A stretch of DNA of 57,869 bases, filler included, from Sphacelaria rigidula (Eukaryota): NCBI GenBank assembly GCA_964200075.2. It is 6 parts of 6 records of this genome, joined end to end, with 100 filler letters (N's around TTAATTAATTAA, not from the genome) between each part and the next. Parts side by side here need not be neighbours in the genome. Positions count along the whole stretch, not along the records: positions 38,648 to 48,208 come from CAXNAA020008217.1; positions 48,309 to 57,869 come from CAXNAA020008218.1; 4 more parts are not named here. One strand, written 5' to 3'. Below, one piece after another: positions 45,677 to 57,869 of the stretch. The translations under genes were made by a program, and so were the position numbers. The notes below the pieces were generated by a model. It was not told where the DNA came from. It was given only the letters and a program-made list of their open reading frames with translations, and did no database searches. The number at the start of each line of letters is the position of its first letter. Position 1 is the stretch's first letter.

Positions 45677-48208
45677 GTGAAAGCTACCGCTAAGGGCAAT
45701 CCAATGCAAACTTGGTGATGTAGTAGACCGGTGGCTCCAATAAAAATATATATATTTCGAGAAAAATAATAAGGTTTTGGCCCACTGCTCTTGTCTCAAC
45801 CCCAACCCCCCAACAACAACCGCAGCAGCGACAACTATAGTACAACAACATCAATAGTGTAACTACGACAGTACACTGAAGCCCGTGCATAGTACAGGGG
45901 GTGGCGAGAGGTCTGTGAACACAGCGTCGGAGTAAGTTCCTGGCTCGATCTGCAAACCTTCACCCCACACCATCCGTACAGTGGAAGAAAACCAAGCGAC
46001 GGCGGACCCTTGGACGACTGCATCATGCATGGGTCAGGGCCCTTATTAATTAACGGGATTTTTTTTTTTCAGAATTTTCAGAATTTTTCGGGGGGAAGAA
46101 ATTCCTCCCCGAGAAAGGTGACAGCAGATTTCTCAACCAGGTCAAGGAATAAAACAATCAAGACTACATATTACTCCGAAAATCTAATACTTAATTTTTT
46201 CCGTCATTTTTTTGTTTTCAAATCGGAAGAATTCTGAAAATGTCGAAAAAAGTCTGAATGAGGCCCCGTTAATAGAGATTTTTGCGAGAAATGAAAATCC
46301 GTTTCAGTACAAGGACGCAAGAACTTCAGGATGGAAGCTTTCAAAACTTTAGGACGGAAACTGACGTGATGGTTGGCTTCGCGTTACATCATTGTTAGGC
46401 CGTGTCTTACCAAATTGCATTCGTGTCGAAAACGTGTGGTCGAATCGAATTCGCTCCTTCCTGATTCGTCCACGCTGTTCGTTTTCTCAGATGGTTGAGA
46501 ACATGGATGCCGTGGACGTATCAGGTACAAGCAAATTCAATTCGACCGTACGTTTTCGAGTCGAAAACAATTTGATGAGACACGACCTTAGCAGGGATTG
46601 GCCGCAGGTTGCCCCACCAAATGTGCGATCCACCATCCGATCTGAAAATGCGTTGGTCAGCACAACAGCGTGCAGTAGCGAGTCTTTAGTACAGACACCA
46701 GTACGTGATAATTGTACCGTACCCTTCCGTACCCTACTGCACACCGCACTACAGTGCGGTATACAGACTACAGTGCAGGACAGTGCAGTGCAATGCAGAA
46801 GAACACTACAGAGAGTATATTGCGGTAGTATATACGGTACGGTACAGCGGTACGGCACGCACAGCACGGCAGTTGGAGATACGATTTTGCTGTTGTTAGG
46901 GGTGGCCGTGATATTGTTGGGGGCGCTTGCGCTATTGGCATGGTACCTTATCTGGAATGTGAAACAGAAGAAACGTGGGCTCGAACCGTGTGGCATAAAA
47001 TCGCCGTTTGCTATTTTTCGAAGACGAAAGTGGAAGAGCCTACGGATTATTTGTCACATCAACCCCTATAATCATCCCAAACAGGCCTGAATAATCATCT
47101 GGTGGGGGGATAAGGGGGGACTGATGGCATCCCATGACACAACGTGTTCGTGAGATCAAGAGTCTAGCGTTGGTTCAGAGTGAGTTTTATTATTCTCTCC
47201 AAGTTGACCATTTTTTCATCTCGTGTGTGCTCACGTTTGCCCATAGCACTACCGTGTGCTTGCAGCTACACATCGATATCCTACTTGAGGATATCAAAAG
47301 GCTTCAGTGGCGAGCTACTACAGAAAGCGTATCGGGCCTCGTATAAGGTCCAGAGGGGGCATTTCGGAACTGAAAATATTTCATTCATTGATTGGGCGCT
47401 TCTCACTCTCAGGGCGTGTCTTAGCACTTTACTTTTCGATCGAAAAAGAGCGGTCGAATTTGTTTTTGCCGATCTGATAGGTCCACCGCATTCATGTTCC
47501 TAGAAGGCTTCAACTCAAAATTATAGTTAGCGGCGCGTGGAGAAGAATGCAACGAGGTAAAAAACAGTCCTTTTCGATCGAAAACATGCGGTCGGAGGGC
47601 ACGAAGCGACGCTAGACTCTTATCTTACAGACCACCACGCCAAATAAGACCTGTTCACGGGACCATGCAAACTACATCCAACTCATTCTCAGCTCCCACC
47701 GCAACCCTGCAGCATAGAGCACGAGTTGAGCATAGGGATACATACACTACAGTAGTTGGGTGTGTTTTGTTTATTTTTGTTAGCGAAAACTTGCGCGTCT
47801 TCTCTCATGGTGTGCATCAGGGACGGAACTGCTTGGTACGGTGTGCAACCGAGTTGCGTGCACGCTCATGGACAGTGCAGGCAGTACAAAGCTGCACGTT
47901 GTCGAAGCCCTTTTCGCGTCGCATTGTTAGCAGAGAGAACTGATGGTCCCGGGCTGTCTGCGCTGCACGTTGCCCGCTTCTCCTTTATATCCTCCTGCAC
48001 GAAACATGCACACACGCACTCAAGACACCCTGCTTACAAGCAGTGCAAACAGTACACGGTTACAACGAGTCATGACGACTACGAATCACCAAAATCTATG
48101 ATTTCTTCGGCCTTATTGCCCAAAAGGGAGAGAAAAGTTGACCGCTGATCCAAGGGGTATCCACGCAACTTTTGCGCCATTCCACGTGTCTGGGCTGCGT
48201 GTACCTGG

Positions 48209-48308
48209 NNNNNNNNNNNNNNNNNNNNNNNNNNNNNNNNNNNNNNNNNNNNTTAATTAATTAANNNNNNNNNNNNNNNNNNNNNNNNNNNNNNNNNNNN
48301 NNNNNNNN
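48209..48308. other. Artificial contig spacer
   Basis: Same N44-TTAATTAATTAA-N44 structure. Confidence 0.97.
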
Positions 48309-48620
48309 ATTTTAATCCTCCGGGTTCTCATCCTCAATGAAAAGCACCATCCTCAACATAGATGATCGGCTGTTTTTCGGAGAATTTCGACAATCCGAAC
48401 AGAACACCTAAATTCCCCATCATTGATTCTTCAACTACAGGACACCAACATCTCGGTTGTCGAAGTCCAAAGTTGTAGGGTGTGTAGCTGTTGTCAGTAG
48501 CTACCAGTGAGTGAAGGAATGGAACCATATTTCGAAGACTTGATGTGGATACGACGATCGAAAACCTCCAGGTTCTCAGCCTCAATGAAAAGCTCCATCC
48601 TCACTTTCGATGATCGGCTG
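48309..48620. repeat. Tandem diverged arms related to the 27975-28417 MITE family
   Basis: TTCGAAGACTTGATGTGGATACG...CCTCCAGGTTCTCAGCCTCAATGAAAAG resembles the right arm of the 27975 element; the CCTCAATGAAAAG..CCATCCTCA..GATGATCGGCTG unit occurs twice. Confidence 0.65.
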
Positions 48621-51397
48621 TTCAATCGATCATGTACAGTACTATTATACTACTACTACTACTGTATGTAGTGTACATGTGTTTCTGTCATTTTCAATTT
48701 CCGTAGGTTTAAGCATATGGTCAAGCTGCCGGCATGTCGCTGAACACCGAAATCAAGAAGAACACTCAACGGTACGGGTCATTCCGAATGAAGCACTTTG
48801 TATTTGATATATAGTAGATGAAAAGGATTCGCTTTGTTCGTCAAGAGCAGCTATGAGTACGTTTGCCACATCTTGGCTCAAGCAACGTCTCAGGATTACT
48901 TATTCGCCCTACAAATCTATTTTAGTTTGTCATAGGATGACAGTCGGTACCCCACCTCGTCCGATGCGACGAAGGACGGTCAGTAAGTACCCTACCGTAC
49001 CTGGTGTATAGAACGCAGGAAAAATTGAGTACTCCAGGTTGCGTGGGTTACAGGTGCTGCAAAAGGTCCTTGCTCGAACTCTATCGTATCCTGAGCACTT
49101 CTGTGAAAGGCAGGCAAGATCGCACGAGACAACAGAAGATCGGGGGTGCACGTTTGCACCTTACACTATTGCCTTTTTCTACGTTCAAATTCTTGAAATT
49201 TAGGTCATAATCCATTACTTTTTTTTTTCCTTAGGTCAAAGCGGCATGACCTAAAACAGGGCTCTGTACACTGAACTGAGCCATGAGCCAAATCCCCCTC
49301 ATCCACCACCCACCACCCTGAAGGGCTAAAAACGTACATCAACACCGTTCCCTTGTAGAACACGGTCTCGACTGCTCTTCCCCCATCAGTCGACGGCGCC
49401 AGGTGCTCAAGAAGGCCGCTGTGTGAAGTGCTTGCGCAGAGTGTTCCTGCTTTCGTTCGCGTCAAGATTGCTGCTCTTGTACAGGCAAGCTTTGGGGGCT
49501 GGGCGACTGCTCAGTAAACGGTGAGCTCTCTAGAGACCAACATTGTGCGTGTGCGTCTCGTGTGAAAAAAAATGTTGTCTACTGCGGTTGGCCGTGTAGC
49601 TTTTTGGCCATGTCCGTGCAAAGGATGATCAGCGACGCAGGACAGGAGCTGTGCCCGCGCTCGCGCCTGTGCTGTATATGCGTGTGGACGTGTAGATATT
49701 ATACGAATGTTTTCGCGTTATAGATTTTAAAGTGTCGAGTCTCTTTCGTCGACGCTGTTTGGTGAACTGCCACATGTATGTGATATGATGGAAGCAGGAA
49801 ATTAGCGTTTGCGCGTGGGTGAGCTTCCGTTTGCCTCAGACGGGGCATATTTTTAACGCCGACAGGCAGGCGACGGGTGTCTGTCGTAGTCCGGCCTTTA
49901 TTTCGCGAAGGAAATTGTTCTCGTAATGCGATTTCTGCTTACGGAGTAACGTGCTGACCGTAGCCGCTCGGCGTCTTTCGTACCGGTGTACAGCAACAAA
50001 GTATAGTACAGTAGTTAGTCGTCTCTTACGTTTTACCCATGCTCGCCCGTTGCTACCTCGCCGTCTTTCATAACTGACGGGGAGGTTGTTTTTGTTTTTG
50101 TTTCTCTTTTGCAAGAGACCAAAACTGATCTCATGCCTGTTTTGTGGTGAAGTGTCGTCGTATTGTAGGTGTGTATAAAGCTCCAAAACCCTGGCTGCGG
50201 TGTGTCGAGCGTTTTCCACGGGTGCGCTTTTGACCTCCGCTACTTGTGCGCCCGTCCGATCTGGTGTGTAATCAATAACATGCGGTCAAGGAAAGCTACG
50301 GCTTGTTTTGACTACAACACTAACTGCACCCATCACAAACCCCCGTTCTTATTGTTTTCACTATGTTGTATGTCAATCCCATCAAACACTCCAGAAAATG
50401 CACCAAAAGGCAAACAGACTCGCACAGGAGAGACACCTGCCGGGCGTGTGTTGCTCCATGCTGCCTACATTTTTTGCGATTCATTTTTTGTAGCTGCAGT
50501 ACGCACGTTGCTGTTGTGTGATCCACAATTTGTATTCGTCGACGAACCACTTTCCGTCTATTCCTGACCCCTCTCCGCGACTGGCTCTATTTATCTAGCT
50601 AAATTACAGGATTTCACCTGAGCGCGAGTAAATGCAGTTGTGCTGTCACAGGGTAGCGTGCCCGATGCTTGCCACAGACAACTGTTATATTGTATAAACT
50701 ATATAACCGTGCTGTGTTCTACTGTTTGTACTCCGGAACGTTGTGCTCTCCTATGTGGAAGGAACGCCGTCCGTCTGGACCCTACTATGCTGAATCCACT
50801 ACCCCACTACAAGAACAGCGCTCGGATCTGCTCATCATTTTGTCGAGAGTTGGTGTCGTCCAGCACAATGAAGCAATGCCCTACGCACTCGCATCTTCGA
50901 TATACCGTGATATTAGTACGTGGTGTTGGCAACTCCATCAACGCGAATCTAAAGCACGTACACGTTTATTCTGCACCGCCTACCTGTGCTGGCTACAAAA
51001 CCCCTCCACAAAAATAACGAAGACAAGCACGCGCGTCTACTACATTTTCGTCCATTACGTCCCCCTTCGTACGAACAAAAATAGCACAACGCACGCCCTT
51101 CAAAAAATACAACCCGCAGGTTCACAAACTCCGTCCGCCGCCTTTGCGCCTACTTGTACTATTATACTTTGATCTGCACAGCCAGATTACAAGGAGTGTC
51201 GAGTTCTGCCGGGAGGAGGGAGGACCAGTCGGCAGAACCGTGCGCCCGGGTAGGACGGGGGGGGTGCTCTATAACGTGACGCAGTACTGTTAGAGGGGAG
51301 GAAAAACGCTCGTTTTCGACTTGGTGCGCTACTGAGAGGCGGGAGTCTCATATTTATACTGTATCGGAGGGCGGAGCGGGGCTTGGAAAGTGCCCCG

Positions 51398-54300
51398 ATG
51401 GAGGGGAGCAGTAGCGGAAGTGCTGTTCCGGCCAAGAGGAGGGGGTCGGGTACCCCACCGAAGACTACTCCGAGCAGGAAGAAGAAAAAAGTGGCCGGCG
51501 CGGTGAGAATCGAGGATTACGTAATCTCGTAGATTTGGCTGATTTTCTCGTCGTTTTCGTTCATTGTCGTGAAAATTGAGGGATGACGTCATGAATCTGG
51601 CCGTGCTCACAAGATACATCGTACACACTATAGTACACGTACCGGACGTGAGTCTTAACGTGAGCAAAATACTCCCTGAATCTTGAAGGGAAGTCAAGAG
51701 AAGGAGGGAAGGTTGAAGATGAAGGAGAGGGAAGACGAGCAGTAATTATCTGTCACAGCGCCCGCGTCCTGCTGCGGCTAGCGATATCGTGGACGGTTGA
51801 CTCTGAATCGATCTCGCAATTTTTACAAATAGGATCGCAGCAACCTTTAACCTTTACACGCTATTGCCATTTTCCCAAAAACTTGTGGAACTCTGCATCG
51901 CGTATTTATGGCGGTGTCTTATTGAGGCATTTTTTTTTTTTAAGTGAAGAACGAAACAAGCGTCCAAAAAGAAACACGCTGATTGGTCGCCGCAACCATG
52001 GATCCACCCGGCGATCAATCAACTTGCTCCTCTTTGGAAGGTAGTTTCGTTTCTCGCTTCTTTTGTCGTCTTCATGACATACGGCCCAACCCTTTTAGCG
52101 CCCGCGGCCAACTGTTGTAAGTAGCAGATCTGACCGTCCCGCCGATCCTTGGGGGGTGGTGAGAGTGAATGCGTAAATGGTCGCTGATTTTGACCGATAG
52201 AATTGCAGCCTCAGTGCGATTGAGGGGAGCGGACTAGCTTTAATGGCAGTTCGTGTCTCCCGAAGGCTCAGCAGGAAACAGCCGCCGATAGAATTAGGGG
52301 TATGTAGGAGGAGAAGCTCACCGCTGCGGCTCCGTGAGTAGTGCTGGTGTGTGTTGAAGTGTGCTTTTCCTGCTCATTTGGCTGTTGGGGGTCGGGGGGG
52401 GGGGCGTGCCCCTGGTTTGGTTGCCGCAGGTGGTGGGCGGGTGGGGAGACATCCCTGTTCGGGCGAAGCGCCGTTCCTNNNNNNNNNNGGGGGGGGGGAG
52501 GCTCAGCGGGGGGGCTGGGTGGGGGGGGGGGGTGTGTGTTGGGGTGTGTTTTTGTTGCTCTTTGGGCTGGGGGGGGGGGGGGGGGGGCGTACTCATGTTT
52601 TGCTTGCCTCAGTCGTTTGACCGTTGGCAACACATCCCTGTCGAGACGAAGCGCCGTTCCTACTCCTAATGGAGACAACCCCAACTTTGGGCGCTCTGTA
52701 CATTTTCCCCCATACATTACACAAGAACCTTTTGCATACCTTGTCCCCTTCCTGATTCGCCGTCTGTGGCTACCATCTATTTCCTAGTGTAGCCATCGTT
52801 CCCTCGCTACTGTACTGTCTAACGTACCACACGATGACGAACTGATGATGAACTGATGGGGGGGGGGGGGAGGGAATTGCCCCAAACTTCCGGCTCAAGA
52901 CTGAAACACCACCCAACCACATCGGTACACGACGCCCGCAGCACGGACATCCCCCCACCAAATACGCCACGCTCTTCAGCTGTTGTCGGAGGTGGTCACG
53001 GCTACGACTGCACTGTACTGTCCGATCTTGTTTCAAACTGTCAGATGAGAATGCCGGTTGCCCCGACTTTTTATGCGCGAATAATTATACTAGGACGCGC
53101 AGCATGTGAGTGGCAACGTGGCAACAATATTTCCCACGTAGGCGTTATCTCTTCTCACCAAAATTGTTCCGAAAAACAAGCCAAGAAAAATAAGAGGAGG
53201 CTCACGAGTCACAGAAATGTATCACCCAGTGATGCTACCCAGGGCAGGGGAGCGGGGGGGGGGGGGGGAGCATTAATACACTTTGTAGTATATTTTTTGT
53301 TCACACTTTCATCTCCTGCCCTTCTTCGGGATAAGTCCATGGTGTCTAGGGATCAATCAACCCATCTCTCCCCTTGGCACAAGCCTTCAAGGGCAGGTTG
53401 AGTAGAGTGTATGCTCAATTGCGGGGTATTTTGAAACACGTACTTGAGGTAGTCAAATTAGGGTAGAGCGTTAGGAATCGTGCCCAAAAAATAACTGGAA
53501 AGCGATCCGTGAAACCCTACCCTCAATTTGTGTACTCCAAGTACGACTTTTAAAATACCCCGCAATTGAATATACCCTACTCGACCTGCCCTTGCAAGCC
53601 TTACACTTCGGTATTGCGTATTGGATCATGGCCAAATCTCCCGCACCGCGTCGACTCATCTTTGCTATTCCCGTCCTCGTGCTTTCAAGGACGTGACAGA
53701 TTTTTGTGATGAAAAAAAGCTTAACTAGGGGCATCTGGCTGCTGGAACCGAATCCGCGCTTTTCCCGCCCTAACGGTGTCAGTTACACCATTTTAATTCA
53801 GACTCCCGGGGCGCGGCAGTATATTTCAGTTAAACAACAAGAGGCTGGATTGGGTACCGTACCCCCTTGGTTCAACCAATACACCTGAAACTAATTAGGT
53901 GGGAAAAGCGCCGGTTCGATTCCCGCCAGGAGTAGTGTATCTTTTTTTCTTCAATCAACGCTGAAGAGATAACGCTCACGTTGTTGTCGTAGACACGGAA
54001 CTCAAACTTTTAGCCTAGGCAAGTCAAGATAGTTGAATTGGAACATGGGGTGAATGATCATGGTACAGTATATTCCTCAGGAGGAATTACAGTAGGGGTG
54101 CACACTTTGTTTCTGATGAGGCTCTGCACTGTTGGAGTGTCTAGAGGACAAACATCTTGGCCTTAGTGTGCAGCCTCAGAACACTTTTTGGACTAAAAAC
54201 TACATCCCTACCGTAGAATCCCTTCCCTAGCCATCTGTCATATTCCGAACTCGCCTTTCTGCTAGAGCACCCATGCAACAGAACCTGCGCCACCTCAGCA

Positions 54301-56740
54301 GTACAGTACTCTAAATACGTGAACGGAGACGTATCACCCAAGGTGATCACAGACGAAAAAGCAAAACGTGTAACGCTCGGTTTTCTCCGTAGACAGCCCT
54401 GATCTGCCGTCAAGCTCCACCCCGTTTTCCGTAAAGATCCATCGACGAAATGCCGACGAGAGATTCTACGGTAGGGGTGCACTTTTTGGTCAAAAAGTTT
54501 TCTGAGGCTGCACATGAAGGCCCAGATGTTTGTCATCCAGAGACTCCGACAGTGCAGATCCTCGGGAAAAAATATATGTGTGCAGCCCTACCGTGGAACA
54601 ACTCTGACGCGAGTTTTGTCGGCGGGGGTGTCAACGACACAGTGTACGTCGAAACCGAGATATTGGGCTCCGTTCTTACCCCGGGTGGTATCCCCCGTAT
54701 GTATGACACCTAGAAGTGATCGGTCTACCACAACGGAGATTCAGACGAGATTTTTCCCCTTATGGATACGACTTGCTGTGGAATATGACCGGCGCCATTG
54801 TCGAGTTTGTAAAATGAATGAAGGCGGTGGGAGAGTTTCCATCATAGCAGCAAGGCAAAATGGTCGGGATTGTGCTGTGCAAAGTCTCGGCATTTTAGTA
54901 TAGAACATGACGGCGCAGTACAGTGTAATTCAGATACATATATATATATATATATATATCCGTGATAATATAGGGATTGTCGGTTTCACAGATGAGCGCG
55001 TTTACATGTTGTAAGGCTTTGGCTATTTATGATTTTTTTAGACTTTCCCTCTAAACCCGTCTATTTTTCCTATTTGCCAGAGTACAAGGAGTGGCACATG
55101 TCGCTGTCCAGGGTCATGATCCAGATAAGAATCTCCTGGAAGGACAAATGGGAGGGGTGGGTTTGGGGGGGTGTACTCATGATCTTGCATGCCATAGTCA
55201 TGAGGCCATCGACCTCGCATCCCAAGAAAATGGGACGGAGCACGCCTGGTCCTCGTCCTCATTTGTTGCTTGCCTTGGTCGTTTGACTATTGACCACGCA
55301 CCTCTTTCGAAGCGGAGCACCGTTCCTACTTCTAATAAAGGCATCTGCAACATTTCGGCGCTCATTACGTTTCTTCCATACGTTCACACGAAAACCTATT
55401 TTTTTGTAGAAGGGAGCAGAGGGGTGTACTCATGATCTTGCATGCCGTAGTCACATGGCCATTGACCTCGCATCCCAACGAAGCCGGGACCGAGCACGCC
55501 AGGTTTTCGCCGAACCAGGTTTGCAATCACTAGAAGGGGGAGGGAGGTGATGAAATCATGATCGCTTTCAGCTTTTTGGGAGGGGGGTCTAACATTTGTA
55601 CGTAACAGTATCGAGTTAAATTGTCAATATTTTTTTATTCCTCTCCCCTCCCCCCCTCCCTCTTTCCCCTCTCCTCCACCCGGTGCTCCCCTTGCCGGCC
55701 CAGGATACACCCGCCACCCCATCCTCATCAGTCGCTACTCCAGGCTCCTCGAAAGCTAAACCCAAGGCCGGGAAATCCAAAGGGACCCCGGGGAGTGGGG
55801 GTGCTGGCGCGGGACCCGCGTCGGCCGGAAAGTCCCCGCGGTCGAAGGGCAAGGGCGGTGCGGCTGCCGGGGCCGGGGCTGGGGCGTCGCAGTACTGTGT
55901 GTGTCACAGCTCCAATGAAGGGTTTATGGTGGAGTGCTCGGATGGTACAGGCGGCTGTGGGGGATGGTTTCATCCCGAGTGCTGCAACTTGATTCTGACG
56001 GAGGAGCAGAGACAGAAGAGTGAGTTCTTTGAGGGAAGGCGAAGGGGGGGGAGGGGGGGGGTCGCCAAATTGTGTGCCATATGAGTAATTCAACAGAGGC
56101 TTGCAGACGTCAGAATACTATATGAGCTGCCACTGTTACGTCATGTACTGTCGTGTAGCTCGACGAGCTTGTACGGTCATTTTTCTCACGGCTCTTCGTT
56201 TTATTTTTCCTCTCTTTTTTCGCTTCTCAGCTTCTTCCTCTGTACGTTCTCTCTCTCCATCGTTTTCTTCCTCGTCGTGCATGTTTACCCCCCAAGAATT
56301 ATTTATAGTTTCCCTTTAGCGAGCGCTTCCGGCCATCGTTGCCTTGGATGCTTGGCAGTACCTTTTGATTAATGCACGGCTGGAGATTTCGTAGCGGGCC
56401 AGTCAAAATGCGACAACCAGCCGAAAAATGAAGCATGCATCTGTGACCTGCATTAGCCCACCCACCCCCAATAAACCAAAGCTCATCGTCCCATGTATCC
56501 CCTCCTGCCCCCCCCCCCCCCCCCCCCCCTCCCCGAACCCGCGCGCACAGGTGTCCTGAAAAAGTTCAAGCTGGTATGCTCGTTGTGCGTCAAGCTCCGC
56601 CAAAAGGCGGAGAAGCGAAAAAGCAAAGGCAAGGATAAGGACAAGGGCGGCGGCAAAGCTACGAAGGGTAAAGCTTCTGTGTCCGAGGATGGACCCGACA
56701 GCCCCGGGTCCCCCTCCGGCGGCGGCGGCAAGACCCCGAG
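51398..56740 (+). CDS. PHD-finger nuclear protein, 3'-partial; exons 51398-51502, 55704-56019, 56551-56740
   Basis: MEGSSSGSAVPAKRRGSGTPPKTTPSRKKKKVAGA|DTPATP...YCVCHSSNEGFMVECSDGTGGCGGWFHPECCNL...RQK-S|VLKKFKLVCSLCVK. The C4HC3 PHD is completed across a phase-1 intron; donors GTGAGA, GTGAGT, GTAAGT; NLS-like basic clusters. The first exon is inferred from phase and composition. Confidence 0.85.
53388..53594. mobile_element. 207-bp MITE with 8-bp TSD (P- or hAT-superfamily-like)
   Basis: TIRs CAAGGGCAGGTTGAGTAG / CTACTCGACCTGCCCTTG extending imperfectly over ~80 bp; CAAGCCTT duplicated at 53380-53387 and 53595-53602. Confidence 0.9.
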
Positions 56741-57139
56741 GTAAGTGAATGCGTTGCTTTGCTTTGATTCGCTTTGCTTTGGTTTTGCGTGACTGTTTTC
56801 CCTGAAGGCTCACGGAGTCGGGAGAAACAGACAAGATCCCCCATCCTAGGACCCCGGATATCTGGCGAAAAGAAAAACCCGGAAAACCCCGTTTGTGCAG
56901 CAGCCCTCTAAAATAGCGTGAGCTAGTGGCCGTTTGTGCGTTTAAGCATACGGATGGACGATGAACCTCCTAATTACTGCATAATGGTATGCTATCGACG
57001 GTGTCCTTGTGCGGTTGAGCTTAAATCGACCGTTTGGGATCAGCTTTTCAAGTGACGCAACGAAACTTTGTAGAAACATTCCCTGGAATACCTCGGGACG
57101 AGCCGAAGTTGAATTTTTCATTTTGAACTAATATGTACG

Positions 57140-57594
57140 GACTTCTGAGGGTCTTCACGCTGGAACCTTGGAAGCTGTTGGAGAGCGGATACTCCTGTGA
57201 ATATTTTTCAAAGTTTATGTTTTCCATCCGTAGCACCCATGTCTACTGAACTGCCAAGTTTGAGGGTGATCGGAGGTTTTCTACGAAAGTTACGATGGAA
57301 AACGTCAAGAGACCTTATTCTTATCAGTGGAAACCCGACGACGCCAAAACCCCACATCATCGAAATAACACGTTTTTGGGTATAACTCGATCTCATACGA
57401 ACCGTTTTCACTGTCTCCCCCCCTCTTGACGTTTTCCATTGTAACTTTCGTAAAAAACCTCCCATCATCCTCACACTTGGCAGTTTGGTAGATATGGGTG
57501 CTACGGATAGAAAACAAAAACTTTGAAGAATCTTTGAAGAATTATCCGCTCTCCACCAGCCTCCAGGGTTCCAGCGTCAAGACCCCCAGAAGTC
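57140..57594. mobile_element. Long inverted repeat (172-bp arms, 111-bp spacer), foldback/MITE-like
   Basis: 57140-57311 is the imperfect reverse complement of 57423-57594 (e.g. ACGAAAGTTACGATGGAAAACGTCAAGAG vs CTCTTGACGTTTTCCATTGTAACTTTCGT). Confidence 0.85.
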
Positions 57595-57869
57595 GATAGC
57601 TGATGACACTTACTGAGGTTCGATTCGTGATGAGATTGGGCAAAAATTGATCCGGAAATTCGCATTTTCAATTTCAGAACAATTTGAAGGCCGCTGATTG
57701 GCTCAGGAATTTCTTCACAACTCGGTTCAAGGCAAAGAACGCGAAAACATATCTGGCCATGTCACACTGTTCGCTTGCTCGGGGGGGGGGGGGGGGGGGG
57801 GGGGTGCATTAAAATATATTTAATTATATGTTGGGTATGTTATTGTCTTTTGTTGTGGGGGGGGGTATA

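Noticed and set aside
46392..47090. 232-aa ORF with a transmembrane segment
   Set aside because: Non-ATG start, runs through CAGTA/TACAG low-complexity sequence, no recognisable domain.

Overview
Eukaryotic, intron-rich, repeat-rich DNA, most consistent with a brown alga (Phaeophyceae); this is an inference from gene structure and from the LINE/Gypsy protein types, not a database result. The window is not one locus. It is six unrelated contigs of near-identical length (9562, 9562, 9562, 9561, 9561, 9561 bp) joined by 100-bp artificial spacers (N44-TTAATTAATTAA-N44). Contig 1 (1-9562): 3' part of an LRR gene with a large disordered last exon, and a ~60-bp tandem array. Contig 2 (9663-19224): a degenerate Ty3/Gypsy retrotransposon (gag knuckle, PR, RT, RH, IN, chromodomain-like plus a second Tudor-like module, 3' LTR) abutting a LINE RT fragment. 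Contig 3 (19325-28886): the last six exons of isocitrate lyase ending in PTS1 -SKL, plus foldback elements. Contig 4 (28987-38547): telomere-repeat-bearing MITEs, the 3' part of a NAK/AAK1-like kinase gene (minus strand) and a ~174-bp tandem array. Contig 5 (38648-48208): tRNA-derived SINEs and a possible spliced OTU-like gene. Contig 6 (48309-57869): 5' part of a PHD-finger gene and several MITEs. No prokaryotic-type system, CRISPR array or rRNA was seen. The most novel-looking signals are the double reader-like extension of the Gypsy integrase and the TGT...ACA MITE carrying (CCCTAA)n.
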